Assembly (NCBI GenBank): GCA_045863235.1
Contig: BTUM01000105.1
Location: forward strand, 1-24,525
Source of the DNA: Candidatus Xenobia bacterium
GTDB lineage: Bacteria; Vulcanimicrobiota; Xenobia; Xenobiales; QWHO01
Length of the DNA: 24,525 nucleotides
Direction of reading: 5' to 3'
Part shown: one piece after another, positions 8,832 to 18,514 of the stretch
How the letters are laid out: the number at the start of each line of letters is the position of its first letter
Position numbering within the stretch: position 1 is the first letter of the stretch
Made by a program: the position numbers and the translations under genes
The notes under the pieces: model-generated
Told to the model about the DNA's origin: nothing
Seen by the model: only the letters and a program-made list of their open reading frames with translations
Databases searched by the model: none

Positions 8832-8887
8832 GGGCTCGGGATAAGGCCAGGTAGGATGGAGCTATGACGAGCAGGGAGGTCAAAGTC

Positions 8888-9169
8888 ATGAGCTGGAGCC
8901 ACTATGAGGAGGCTCTGGAAGAACTTCGCGAGCAGCAACGAGAAGACTTTCTGCTGGTCATGGTCGCCATGGCCACCACGCGCGATGCCCTGGCTCGCAC
9001 TCAGGAGAGCCTCGAGCAGGTGGAGGCAGGTCTGGTCCGTCACCAGAAGCACAACGAGATGCGCCTGGAGCTGATCGAGCGGGCGGCCCGCTCGGAGTCT
9101 TCCGCGGTAAACTCGCGTCTTGACCGCATCGAGGAGCGGCTCGACCGGCTCGAGCACCCGGCCGCCTGA
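8888..9169 (+). CDS. Small coiled-coil hypothetical protein, paralog 1
   Basis: GGGAGG upstream of ATG 8888. Aligns end to end with 9538..9813. Confidence 0.75.
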   Translation: MSWSHYEEALEELREQQREDFLLVMVAMATTRDALARTQESLEQVEAGLVRHQKHNEMRLELIERAARSESSAVNSRLDRIEERLDRLEHPAA

Positions 9170-9182
9170 GGTTCTTGCAGGA

Positions 9183-9458
9183 TTGAGGACCCTGCAGTGG
9201 CGCAAGCTTGCGCTGGTCGGCGGGGCACCCGAGGCGACTGTCCCCGGGCCGATCGAGAGCTACAATGACGGGACGGGGGCCAAGCCTCTCAATGCCTACT
9301 CTGTCGACGGCCGAGTGATCGCTCGCAACGTCCGGAGCTGCAGCTTTGAGCGCCTGGGCCTGTCAGTGCAGTACCAGGTCGTGGCCGAGCGGAAGCGTTA
9401 CGGCACCGATCGGCTCGAGTCGGTGAGATTGGCCAGCCAGATCACGCCGCGCAACTGA
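9183..9458 (+). pseudogene. Possible 3' gene remnant or small hypothetical ORF
   Basis: Protein-like open frame with GC3-rich codons ending VRLASQITPRN*, with no convincing start. Confidence 0.3.
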
Positions 9459-9463
9459 GCGAT

Positions 9464-9482
9464 CGGTACCAAACATCACTGA
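9464..9482 (+). promoter_or_regulatory. Conserved upstream operator-like motif, copy 2
   Basis: CGGTACCAAACATCACTGA, starting 74 nt before the ATG. Confidence 0.5.
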
Positions 9483-9537
9483 AGTCCCGTAAGTCACACG
9501 CTAAACTCATGCTATACTCACTTTCGAAGGAGCAGCC

Positions 9538-9813
9538 ATGAGTCGTTGGAGCCATTACGAGAGCGCCCTGCAAGAGGTTCGCGAGCAACAGACCGAGGAC
9601 TTCCGGCTGGTCATGGTGGCCCTGGCCACTACTCGCGACGCGGTGACGTCTGGCCTGGAGCGCGTCCAGGCGGGTTTGGAGAGGCACCAGCAGCACAACC
9701 AGAGACGACTCGAGCTGCTCGAGCAGGCCGCCCGCGCCGAAGCCGAGGAGGTCACCCTGCGCCTCGACCGCATCGAGGAGCGACTCGACCGGCTCGAGCC
9801 CCCGGCCGCCTGA
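9538..9813 (+). CDS. Small coiled-coil hypothetical protein, paralog 2
   Basis: AAGGAG SD and upstream TGnTATACT. Shares WSHYExAL, EDFxLVMVAxATTRDA and RLDRIEERLDRLExPAA with paralog 1. Confidence 0.8.
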   Translation: MSRWSHYESALQEVREQQTEDFRLVMVALATTRDAVTSGLERVQAGLERHQQHNQRRLELLEQAARAEAEEVTLRLDRIEERLDRLEPPAA

Positions 9814-9854
9814 CCTTTCAGCCTTTTTTGCAAGACAGGTCGTAAACTGGGGAC

Positions 9855-10451
9855 ATGCTCGCGCAAACTCGAATGCCGATCGGCTTCTTCGGGGACAGGG
9901 TCTCCCCCGGGACCTGGGTGGGGCCAGGCTCGGCGCCCACCGATCGGGATATCTTCATTCCCGATGCCGGGAACCTGTTCGCGCGAGGAGCTCAGATTCA
10001 GGCGGTCTCGATCACTGGCGGTCAGGCCCGCCTGGTCAACCCGGCCGGGCAGGCATTCAACTATCCCGCCAACCTGCTGGCGGTGGCCGCCGCGGGCAAC
10101 GGCTCGATCCCCGCTCTGATTGCGACCTCCTCGTTTCCGAGCGTGGGCGACCTGGTGCAGGCCTGCGATCGGGCCAGGCCCCGGAAAGACCCGTTCTTCG
10201 AGGTCCCGGTGGCCCTGATCGAGACCCACGGGTTCGAGGAAGGAACCTTCCTGAACGTCCACGGCGAGTCCAGAAAGATGAGCCTGTTTGAAACCCGAGT
10301 TGCCCGCGAGGAATCCTACCAGAATTGGACCCCCGACGTGCTGACCAGGCTCAGGGCCGGCATCGTCGACCCGCACACCGCCAGTATTGGCTTGCTTCCA
10401 GGCGGTCTGGCCATCGGTGGGGTCCTGATGCGTACTCGACACGCGGCCTGA
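9855..10451 (+). CDS. Hypothetical protein
   Basis: 198-aa ORF with host-like codon usage, filling the gap. TAAACT lies 6 nt before the ATG. Confidence 0.7.
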   Translation: MLAQTRMPIGFFGDRVSPGTWVGPGSAPTDRDIFIPDAGNLFARGAQIQAVSITGGQARLVNPAGQAFNYPANLLAVAAAGNGSIPALIATSSFPSVGDLVQACDRARPRKDPFFEVPVALIETHGFEEGTFLNVHGESRKMSLFETRVAREESYQNWTPDVLTRLRAGIVDPHTASIGLLPGGLAIGGVLMRTRHAA

Positions 10452-10543
10452 AAACCCGGAAAGAATTTTCGCGGGAATCCGACCCTGCTCGTGGAACGGT
10501 GTCCACCACACAACACCAGAAAGTTTCGAGGTCGTCCACCAGC

Positions 10544-13500
10544 ATGCAACGCCGCCTGAGCGCGCTCTACCTCATTTTGATGTTCCTGACAGCCTGCGGG
10601 CCCGTGCCCCAGGGCGGGCCCGGGAGCGCGGCCACCAAATGGCCCGAGGGCAAGCCCCGCCCGCTGGAGGTGACCTTCGCCTCTCCGATCGGCGAGGTGG
10701 AGAGCCCCGATGACGCGGCTGCCATCCTGGTGGGCTTCAACCAGCCCATGACGGCGCTTCAGCCCCTTCCCACCGAGCGGGCCATCGGACCTTTGACGCT
10801 GACCCCCGCGGTCAACGGGAAGTTCCGCTGGAAGGGTACGGCCACGCTGGTCTTCACGCCCGACAAGCCGCTACCGCTGGCGACCAGGTTCAAGGCCACG
10901 GTGCCGGCCGGCACCCCCTCGGCCCAGGGCCCCAAGCTCGAGAAAGACTATGTCTTCGAGTTCGAGACGCCCCGACCGCGAATGGTCAAGTCCGAGCCCG
11001 CCGATGAAGCCAGGTGGGTGCCGCTCAACCAGGTGTTCCTGCTCGAGTTCAACCAGCCGATGAACGCGGCCAAGCTGACCGGTCAGCTCGGTCTGGTGAG
11101 CGCCCTCAAGGACAACGCTGTCAAGAGCATCGAGCTCGACGTTCGCGAGCCCGATGCCAAGGAGCTCGAGCGCTTCTTCGGCCCCGAGCCCGATGAGGCC
11201 ACCAAAGAGCGTTTCAACCGCCTGGTGGCGGCTGTTCCCAAGCAGCCCATGGACACCGGCAAGGCCTATCGCCTGGTCCTCAAGAAGGACCTGATGGCCG
11301 CAAGCGGCGAGCTCGGCTCGGCCGACGAGCAGGCCTTCACCTTCTCCACCGTCAACCGCTTCGAGTTCACCCAGCTGCGCGAGGCGGGCAAAACGGTTTC
11401 GCCCTACGAGTCGCTCAGCTTCAACTTCTCCAACCCGGTCAGCTATGCCGAGTTGGCCAGGAACCTCACCATCGAGCCGGCGGTCAAGATCCCCGAGAGC
11501 TATCTCGAGGACCGCGATTATGCTTCGGAAGACCTCTACTTCTATCTTCGCATGGCCCCCCGAACCAGCTACAAGGTGCGCATCGGCGAAGGCCTCAAGG
11601 ACCAGTTCGGCAACACCCTGGGCAAGGCCACAGAGCTCACCTTCAAGACCGGCGACTATCCGAGCGGCGTGCGTATGCCTGAGGGCACCGCCGTGCTCGA
11701 GACCGGCACCCCCGACCCCCGAATTCCCATCGGCATGATGAACGTCAAGCAGGCCGAGCTGAGGGTGGCCGTTCTTCCGCCCGACCAGCTGATCAGGGCA
11801 GTCGGCAGCCTCAGCGACTACAAGCCCCCCGGTGGCTACAAGCTCACCCGCAAGCTCACCCCCAACGATAAGCCCAACGTGCTCCAGGATCGCTACTTCA
11901 AGGTGGCCGACGTCCTGGGCAAGAACGGCTCGGGCTGGCTCTTCATCACCCTCGAGAACGGCAAGTACGACCGCAACCTGCTCGTCCAGGTGACCAACCT
12001 GGGCCTGACCGCCAAATTCTCGCCCGAGAACACCGTGGTTTGGGCCACCGCGCTGGACACCGGCAAACCGTTGCCGGGCACCGCCCTCGAGATCCGCGAC
12101 GAGAAGGGCAATGTGCTGGGAAGCGCCACCACCGGAGCCGATGGGACCGCCAGCTTCAAAGGTTGGCACACCTTCGGGCTCAAGCAGGAGGACCGCTGGA
12201 GCCAGCCCACCCTCTACATCTACGGCCGCTCGGGCAACCAGGTGGCCTTCATCGGCAGCCGTTGGAACTGGCAGATCGACCCCTGGAGCTTCGATCTGGC
12301 CTACGACTACTCGCCCGAAGTGCCCGAACGACGCGGCATGGCCTTCAGCGAGCGAGGTCTCTATCGGGCCGGCGAAGAGGTTTACATGAAGGGCGCTCTG
12401 CGCGAACTGGTCAACGGCAGTTACCAGATTCCCGAGCTGAAGCAGCTCGACTTCAAGCTGATGGACTCGCGCGATCAGCTGGTGAAGCTGGGCGTTGTCG
12501 ACCTGGGCAGCTTCGGCTCCTTCGACCACACTCTGAAGCTGGCCAGGAACTCGCCCACCGGTTACTACAGCATCTACTACTATCTTCCGGGGGAGGCCCG
12601 CAAGAGCCTCAAGAACGGCGATGCCTCGCCCCTGTTCGTCGACTCGTTCCGGGTGGAGGCCTTCCGTCCGGCTCAGTTTGAAGTCAAGGTAAACGTCAAG
12701 GAGCCTGTTTACGCCTTTGGCGACAAGCTGCAGGCCGAATTGCTCGGTCGCTACCTCTTCGGCGGCCTGATGAAGGGCGACGCCGTGGAGTGGACGGTGC
12801 GAGCCGAGCCCCACAGCTTCCAGCCCGAGGGTTGGGACGGTTGGGACTTCGGTCCTCTCAGCTGGCTCGACTCGGATGACGAGCAGCCCGAAGAGGCCAA
12901 GACCCTGCTCAAGGGCAGCGGCAAGCTCGACGACCAGGGCCAGAAGAAGCTCGAGGCCGACCTGGCCCTCAAGTACCGCGGAACGGCCGCCGTCACCGTG
13001 GAGGGCACGGTTACCTCGGCCTCCCGCCAGCAAATCAGCGGACGGGCCACCGTGCTGGTGCATCCGGGCAACTGGCTGATCGGCCTGCGGCCCAAGAGCT
13101 CGTTCTTGAGCTCTGGGGCTCCGGCCGGCATCGATGTGGTGACGGTCACCTCGGAGGGCAAGAACCTGGGCGGTCAGAAGGTCAACCTGGAGCTCTTCCG
13201 GCGCCAGTGGCATTCGGTGCGCCGGGCTGAGACCGGGGGGTCGTATCGCTGGGTGGTCACCACTGAGGATCAGAAGGTGGGAGAGCCCATCGTGGTTACC
13301 AGCCAGGATTCGGCCGTGCTGGCCAACCTCAACCCCGACAAGTCCGGCTTCTACGTCGTGAAGGCCTGGGGCGAGGACAGCAAGGGCCGCAAAATCGAGA
13401 CCCAGACCACCTTCTACGCCAGCGGATCGGACTACGTGGCCTGGGCCCGGGGCGAGAACGATCAGGTCGAGCTGGTGGCCGACAAGAAGAGCTACAAGCC

Positions 13501-16183
13501 CGGCGAAACGGCCCGCATCCTGGTCAAGTCCCCCTATGAGGACTGCCAGGCCCTGGTCACCGTCGAGCGCGAGCTCATCATGCGCCGGTTCGTGGTCGAG
13601 CTGAAGGGCAGCACCCCCACCATCGAGGTGCCCCTCAAGTCTGAGGATCTCCCCAACGCCTTCATCTCGGTGGTGCTGGTGGAGGGCCGCCTCACCGACA
13701 AGGGCTTCGACGAGCAGGGCGAGGACCTGGGCAAGCCGTCCTTCCGGATCGGCTACGTCAACCTCCCGGTCGACACCGGCGAGAAGCACCTCTCGGTCAG
13801 CGTCAAGACCGACCGAGAGGAGTATCAGCCCCGCCAGACCGTCACCATCAACCTCGAGGTCAAGGACTCCCAGGGACGCCCGGTCCAGGCCGAGGTAGAC
13901 GTGGCCGTGGTCGATCGGGGTGTGCTCAACCTGATCGACTACCAGACCCCTGACTTCTTTGCCCCGTTCTATGGCCCGCGCTCTTTGCGCGTGGTCACGG
14001 CCGAGATGCGACGCGACGTGATCGGTCTTCGCAGCTACGGAGTCAAGGGAGATCCCGAAGGCGGCGGCGGGGCCGGCGTTCCCGGCGAGACCCGCGAGGA
14101 TTTCGGGGCCACGCCTTACTGGAACCCCCGCGTGCTCACCGACTCTCAGGGCAAGGCCACGGTCACCTTCGAGCTGCCCGACAGCCTGACGTCCTTCCGG
14201 GTCATGGCCACCGCTCTCACCAAGGCATCCGACTTCGGAGCCTCCGACTGCGAGCTGCGGGTCAACAAGCCCCTCCAGATGCTGCCTTCGATCCCGCGCT
14301 TCGTGCGCATCGAGGACCGCTTCCAGGCCGGGGTGCTGGTGCACAACAACACCAAGACCTCGGGCAGCGTCGAGGTCTCGGTGCAGGCCGAGGGCGTCGA
14401 TCTGGCGGGCGAGGGCAAAGCCACCGTCAGCGTGCCGGCGGGCGAGGAGAAGGAAGTCATGTTCGACTTCCTGGCCAAGCGGCCGGCCGATGCCAGGCTG
14501 ACCTTCCAGGCGAAGATGGACATCCACCAGGACGGTCTGGCCCTGCCCTTGCCGGTACTTTTGCCCGTGGCCACCGAGACGGTCGCCGACTCGGGCGATA
14601 CCGACCAGGGCCAGGTCAAGATTCCGCTGGGATTGACCTCCAGGCCGGCGCCCGGAGTGGGCGGCCTGACCATCACTCTCTCGCCCTCTATCCTGTCCGG
14701 GCTGAGCGGGGCGCTGGAGTACATCAGCAAGTACCCTTACGGGTGCCTCGAGCAGCGGCTGACGCGCCTGGCGCCTAACTTCCTGTTCCCCGATCTCCTC
14801 AAGGCCTACGCCGAGGGCGATCGCAAGAAGGCTCGCACCCTGGTGCAGGCCAGTCTGGACGAGCTGCGCGGCTTCCAGGCCCCCAGTGGGGGCATGTGGC
14901 TCTGGCCCGAGAGCGACTGGGTCAACGATTATCTCTCGGTCTATGCGCTCGACATGCTCAATCGGGCCAAGGACGACGGCTACGAGGTCGACAAGCGCCT
15001 TCTGACCGACCTGCGCGGCTACGTCAAGAAGGTTCCCAACGCCCAGAAGTTCGACTACCCCTATTCCAAGGCCGAGGAGTTCGTGGTGCGCTCGTATGCT
15101 GTCAGCGTGCTCGCTCGCCTGGGAGTCAAGGACCGGGGCGCCTTCGACGTGCTCTACGCCGACCGCAAGGACGCCCCCCTGGAAGCTCGCGTCTACCTGC
15201 TGCAGGCCTCGCGTCGCATGGGCGTGGGCAAGGAGAAGGTGGCCACGTTGCGCAACGAGCTGACCTCGCGCGTGCGCATGGAGGCCGACTCGGCTTACTT
15301 CCAGGAGAAAGACCAGGAGTCGCTGGGCTGGGTCTACGGCTCCAACCTGCGCCTGACGGCCCAGATCCTGAACGTGCTGCTCGAGGAGGAGAGCCCGCCC
15401 GACTTCGCGCCCAAGGTGGTCAAGTATTTGATGAGCGTGCAGAAGAACGGACACTGGGGCAACACCCAGGAAGACCTGGCCGTGCTGACGGCGCTCGACC
15501 TGTATCGCGAAAAGTTCGAGAAGGGCTCGCCCAACTTCAAGGCCATGGCCAAGATCGACGCAAAGTCGGTGCTGGAGAGGAGCTTCTCGGGCACCGCTCC
15601 GCAGGTGGCCAACGTCAAGATTCCCATGACCGACCTGCCGGTGGGCAAGGTGAATGTCGACCTGACCAGGAGCGGTGAGGGCCGCCTCTACTACACCCTG
15701 CGCCTGCAGTACGCCCCGGCCGAGGACGTGCCGGCGCGCGACGAGGGCTTCATGGTACTCAAGCAGGTAGTCAACGTCGAAACCAACACCGTGGATCCGG
15801 TGCTTAAAGCCGGTAAGATCTATAAGGTCACCGTCTCGGTGATCACCCCGCAAGAGCGCCGGTTCGTGGTGCTCGACGATCCTCTGCCGGGCGGGTTGGA
15901 GGTTGTGCAGACCACCTTCGAGACCGAGTCCGACAGCATGCGCCGGGTTCTCGAGCTGGGCTCGAACGACCGCCGGTGGGGCGGCACGTTCGACCACTTC
16001 GAGGTGCATGACGACCGCGTGCTGCTCTTTGCCCAGCAGCTCAACCCCGGCGAGCACACCTTCGAGTACCTGGTGCGGGCGGGTTATCCCGGCAAGTATG
16101 ACCAGCCGGCCACCAAGTGCGAGGAGATGTACGAGCCCGAGGTGTTCGGCACCACGGCCCGCCAGGCGGTCGAGGTCCGCTGA
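10544..16183 (+). CDS. Bacterial alpha-2-macroglobulin lipoprotein with N-terminal Ig-like domains
   Basis: Signal peptide with lipobox LTAC from ATG 10544, MG-domain motifs (ERGLYRAGEEV, DKKSYKPGETA, LPDSLTSFRVMA), intact thioester YPYGCLEQ and C-terminal EEMYEPEVFG. Confidence 0.95.
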   Translation: MQRRLSALYLILMFLTACGPVPQGGPGSAATKWPEGKPRPLEVTFASPIGEVESPDDAAAILVGFNQPMTALQPLPTERAIGPLTLTPAVNGKFRWKGTATLVFTPDKPLPLATRFKATVPAGTPSAQGPKLEKDYVFEFETPRPRMVKSEPADEARWVPLNQVFLLEFNQPMNAAKLTGQLGLVSALKDNAVKSIELDVREPDAKELERFFGPEPDEATKERFNRLVAAVPKQPMDTGKAYRLVLKKDLMAASGELGSADEQAFTFSTVNRFEFTQLREAGKTVSPYESLSFNFSNPVSYAELARNLTIEPAVKIPESYLEDRDYASEDLYFYLRMAPRTSYKVRIGEGLKDQFGNTLGKATELTFKTGDYPSGVRMPEGTAVLETGTPDPRIPIGMMNVKQAELRVAVLPPDQLIRAVGSLSDYKPPGGYKLTRKLTPNDKPNVLQDRYFKVADVLGKNGSGWLFITLENGKYDRNLLVQVTNLGLTAKFSPENTVVWATALDTGKPLPGTALEIRDEKGNVLGSATTGADGTASFKGWHTFGLKQEDRWSQPTLYIYGRSGNQVAFIGSRWNWQIDPWSFDLAYDYSPEVPERRGMAFSERGLYRAGEEVYMKGALRELVNGSYQIPELKQLDFKLMDSRDQLVKLGVVDLGSFGSFDHTLKLARNSPTGYYSIYYYLPGEARKSLKNGDASPLFVDSFRVEAFRPAQFEVKVNVKEPVYAFGDKLQAELLGRYLFGGLMKGDAVEWTVRAEPHSFQPEGWDGWDFGPLSWLDSDDEQPEEAKTLLKGSGKLDDQGQKKLEADLALKYRGTAAVTVEGTVTSASRQQISGRATVLVHPGNWLIGLRPKSSFLSSGAPAGIDVVTVTSEGKNLGGQKVNLELFRRQWHSVRRAETGGSYRWVVTTEDQKVGEPIVVTSQDSAVLANLNPDKSGFYVVKAWGEDSKGRKIETQTTFYASGSDYVAWARGENDQVELVADKKSYKPGETARILVKSPYEDCQALVTVERELIMRRFVVELKGSTPTIEVPLKSEDLPNAFISVVLVEGRLTDKGFDEQGEDLGKPSFRIGYVNLPVDTGEKHLSVSVKTDREEYQPRQTVTINLEVKDSQGRPVQAEVDVAVVDRGVLNLIDYQTPDFFAPFYGPRSLRVVTAEMRRDVIGLRSYGVKGDPEGGGGAGVPGETREDFGATPYWNPRVLTDSQGKATVTFELPDSLTSFRVMATALTKASDFGASDCELRVNKPLQMLPSIPRFVRIEDRFQAGVLVHNNTKTSGSVEVSVQAEGVDLAGEGKATVSVPAGEEKEVMFDFLAKRPADARLTFQAKMDIHQDGLALPLPVLLPVATETVADSGDTDQGQVKIPLGLTSRPAPGVGGLTITLSPSILSGLSGALEYISKYPYGCLEQRLTRLAPNFLFPDLLKAYAEGDRKKARTLVQASLDELRGFQAPSGGMWLWPESDWVNDYLSVYALDMLNRAKDDGYEVDKRLLTDLRGYVKKVPNAQKFDYPYSKAEEFVVRSYAVSVLARLGVKDRGAFDVLYADRKDAPLEARVYLLQASRRMGVGKEKVATLRNELTSRVRMEADSAYFQEKDQESLGWVYGSNLRLTAQILNVLLEEESPPDFAPKVVKYLMSVQKNGHWGNTQEDLAVLTALDLYREKFEKGSPNFKAMAKIDAKSVLERSFSGTAPQVANVKIPMTDLPVGKVNVDLTRSGEGRLYYTLRLQYAPAEDVPARDEGFMVLKQVVNVETNTVDPVLKAGKIYKVTVSVITPQERRFVVLDDPLPGGLEVVQTTFETESDSMRRVLELGSNDRRWGGTFDHFEVHDDRVLLFAQQLNPGEHTFEYLVRAGYPGKYDQPATKCEEMYEPEVFGTTARQAVEVR

Positions 16184-18414
16184 AACGCCTCCGGCTCGGC
16201 CGCCGGGCGCGTTGGGCCCTGGGCCTGGTGGCCCTGGCCGCTGTGGTGTTCTTTCTCTGGCCCGTGCCCGAGGCCATCCGCCATCCGGCCCCGGCCGGCT
16301 CGGTGCAGCTGACCGATCGCCACGGCCTGCCCCTGCGTGAGGTGCTCGGCCCCGAGCACATCTCCAGCCATGCCATCAGCCTGGATCAGGTCTCGCCCTA
16401 CCTGATCCGGGCCACCCTGGTCAGCGAGGACCGGCGGTTCTACTACCATCCCGGGGTGGATCCCCTGGCCGTGCTGCGGGCCGTGTGGCTGGATGTTCAG
16501 AGCGGCGAACTGGTCTCGGGTGGATCCACCCTGACCCAACAGCTGGTGCGCAACCTGGTCGACATCGGCCCGCGCGGTTGGCGCTCGAAGCTGCGAGAGG
16601 CCTTCTACGCCCTGCGCCTGGAGGCCAACCTCAGCAAGGCCCAGATTCTCGAGCTCTACCTCAACCGGGTGCCCTACGGCAACCAGGCGCTGGGGGCCGA
16701 AGCCGCCGCCCAGCTTTACTTCGAACGCCCCGCGCTGGCCCTCTCGCCCGCCCAGGCGGCCTTCCTGGCCGTGCTGCCGCGCGCTCCCGGCCATTACAAC
16801 CCCTACGTCAACCTCGAGGAGATCCTGCCTCTGCAGAAGGACCTGCTGCACCGCATGGAGCTCACCCCCGAGGAGCTCAGGCTGGCCCTGGAGGAGCCCA
16901 TCGAACCAGCCTTTCCCGAAGGCGCCTTCCGGGCTTCCCACTTCTGCGACTTCGTGACCTCGGAAGGCTTGCCGCCGGGGCCGGTGACGCGCACCACACT
17001 GGACTGGCCCCTGCAAGAAGAGGTGGAGCTCATGCTGCGAGCCCACCTGGCCCGCCTCCAGCCCCAGCAGGTAACCAACGGCGCGGTGCTGGTGCTCTCG
17101 GTGGAGACGGGCGAGGTGCTGGCCATGGCTGGCTCGGTGGACTACGCTCAGGGCCAGGTGAACGCCGCTCTGGCCCTGCGCCAGCCCGGCTCCTCTCTCA
17201 AGCCCTTCACCTACGCCCTGGCCCTGGAGCGGGGTTTCAGTCCGGCCAGCCTGGTCAGCGACATCGAGACGGGCTCGCTGGAGGACCGCTACCTGCCCGA
17301 CAATTACGACCGCAAGTTCCACGGCCCGGTGCGGCTGCGCGAGGCCCTGGCCTGCTCCTACAACGTCAGCGCCGTGCGGGTACTGCACGAGGTAGGGGTG
17401 GATGCCCTGCTCTTGCGCCTGCGCGAGCTGGGCTTCGTGGAGCTGACCGAGGCTCCCGATCACTACGGGCTGGGCCTGACCCTGGGTGACGGCGAGGTGA
17501 CCTTGCTCGAACTGGCCCAGGCCTATCGCTGTCTGGCCCGGGGCGGGCTGTTCGCCCCCTCGCTCACCTTGCTCGACCAGCCCGTCCCGGCTGACCGGCG
17601 CGTGTTCGACCCCGTGACCGCCTACCTGATCACCAGCATCCTGTCCGACAAGAACGCTCGCGTGAACGCCTTCGGAGCCGACTCGGTGCTCAACTTGCCC
17701 TTCCCCTGCGCCGCCAAGACGGGCACCTCCAAGGCCTACCGCGACAACTGGACGGTGGGCTACACGAAAGGCTACGTCGTGGCGGTCTGGGTGGGCAACT
17801 TCGACGCCGACCCCATGGTGGACGTGTCCGGCATCACCGGCGCCGGCCCGCTCTTTGCGGACGTCATGCTGGCCCTGCATCGGCGCGGTCCGGCCGAAGC
17901 CTTCGCGGCTTTCCCCGAGCCCCCCGGGGTCACCCGCCAGATCGTCTGCACAGCCTCGGGCGAGCGTCCCGGCCCGAGCTGCCCCCACCGCATGGAGGAA
18001 CTCTTCGCCCCGGGCACCGAGCCGTCCGAGGATTGCAGCGTGCACCGCCAGCCCGGCTACGAGGTCTATCGGCCCGAGTTCCAGCCCTGGATGGAGGACC
18101 GCGGCCTGCCCCGACCGCCTCCAGCCCCGCAACTGGAAGGCAAGGTGCGCATCGTCTTCCCCGAGGACGGCGACTTCTTTCGCCTCGACCCACTGTTGCG
18201 CGGCGAGTATCAGAGCCTCCGGCTGCGGGCCGTGGTGCCCGAGGGCTGCCGCAGCCTGACCTTCATCGTGGACGGAAAGCGCCTCGATGAGGTGACCGGC
18301 CCCTTCAGCCAGCGCTGGCAGCTCTCACCGGGCACCCACCGACTGGAGGCCGAAGCCCTCGGAGCCGGTGGAGCCCGGCTGCGCAGCAGCCCGGTGACCA
18401 TCACCGTCCGCTGA
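16180..18414 (+). CDS. pbpC: Penicillin-binding protein 1C (start uncertain; CTG 16180 overlapping the a2M stop proposed)
   Basis: Transglycosylase motifs EDRRF, GGSTLTQQL and LELYLN; transpeptidase motifs SSLK, SYN and KTGT; C-terminal beta domain. Canonical position after the a2M gene. Confidence 0.92.
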   Translation: MKRLRLGRRARWALGLVALAAVVFFLWPVPEAIRHPAPAGSVQLTDRHGLPLREVLGPEHISSHAISLDQVSPYLIRATLVSEDRRFYYHPGVDPLAVLRAVWLDVQSGELVSGGSTLTQQLVRNLVDIGPRGWRSKLREAFYALRLEANLSKAQILELYLNRVPYGNQALGAEAAAQLYFERPALALSPAQAAFLAVLPRAPGHYNPYVNLEEILPLQKDLLHRMELTPEELRLALEEPIEPAFPEGAFRASHFCDFVTSEGLPPGPVTRTTLDWPLQEEVELMLRAHLARLQPQQVTNGAVLVLSVETGEVLAMAGSVDYAQGQVNAALALRQPGSSLKPFTYALALERGFSPASLVSDIETGSLEDRYLPDNYDRKFHGPVRLREALACSYNVSAVRVLHEVGVDALLLRLRELGFVELTEAPDHYGLGLTLGDGEVTLLELAQAYRCLARGGLFAPSLTLLDQPVPADRRVFDPVTAYLITSILSDKNARVNAFGADSVLNLPFPCAAKTGTSKAYRDNWTVGYTKGYVVAVWVGNFDADPMVDVSGITGAGPLFADVMLALHRRGPAEAFAAFPEPPGVTRQIVCTASGERPGPSCPHRMEELFAPGTEPSEDCSVHRQPGYEVYRPEFQPWMEDRGLPRPPPAPQLEGKVRIVFPEDGDFFRLDPLLRGEYQSLRLRAVVPEGCRSLTFIVDGKRLDEVTGPFSQRWQLSPGTHRLEAEALGAGGARLRSSPVTITVR

Positions 18415-18425
18415 GGACACCGGCG

Positions 18426-18474
18426 TCGAACATTTGTCCGATACCGCCGGTATAAATTTCGAGCAGGTGTTCGA
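18426..18474. promoter_or_regulatory. Two LexA (Cheo-box-like) sites flanking TATAAA
   Basis: TCGAACATTTGTCCGA (18426-18441) and TCGAGCAGGTGTTCGA (18459-18474) each differ by one base from TCGAAC-N4-GTTCGA. Confidence 0.55.
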
Positions 18475-18514
18475 TTTCTGGGTCCGTGGATCACCCCCTG
18501 CAGTTGTGGAACCC

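Noticed and set aside
10325..10543. N-terminal extension of the a2M ORF
   Set aside because: It overlaps the 9855..10451 gene, and the signal peptide and lipobox begin at ATG 10544.
10871..18132. Very long antisense ORFs (1728 aa and 682 aa) and similar shadow ORFs elsewhere
   Set aside because: Typical stop-poor antisense frames of high-GC genes, with no recognisable motifs.
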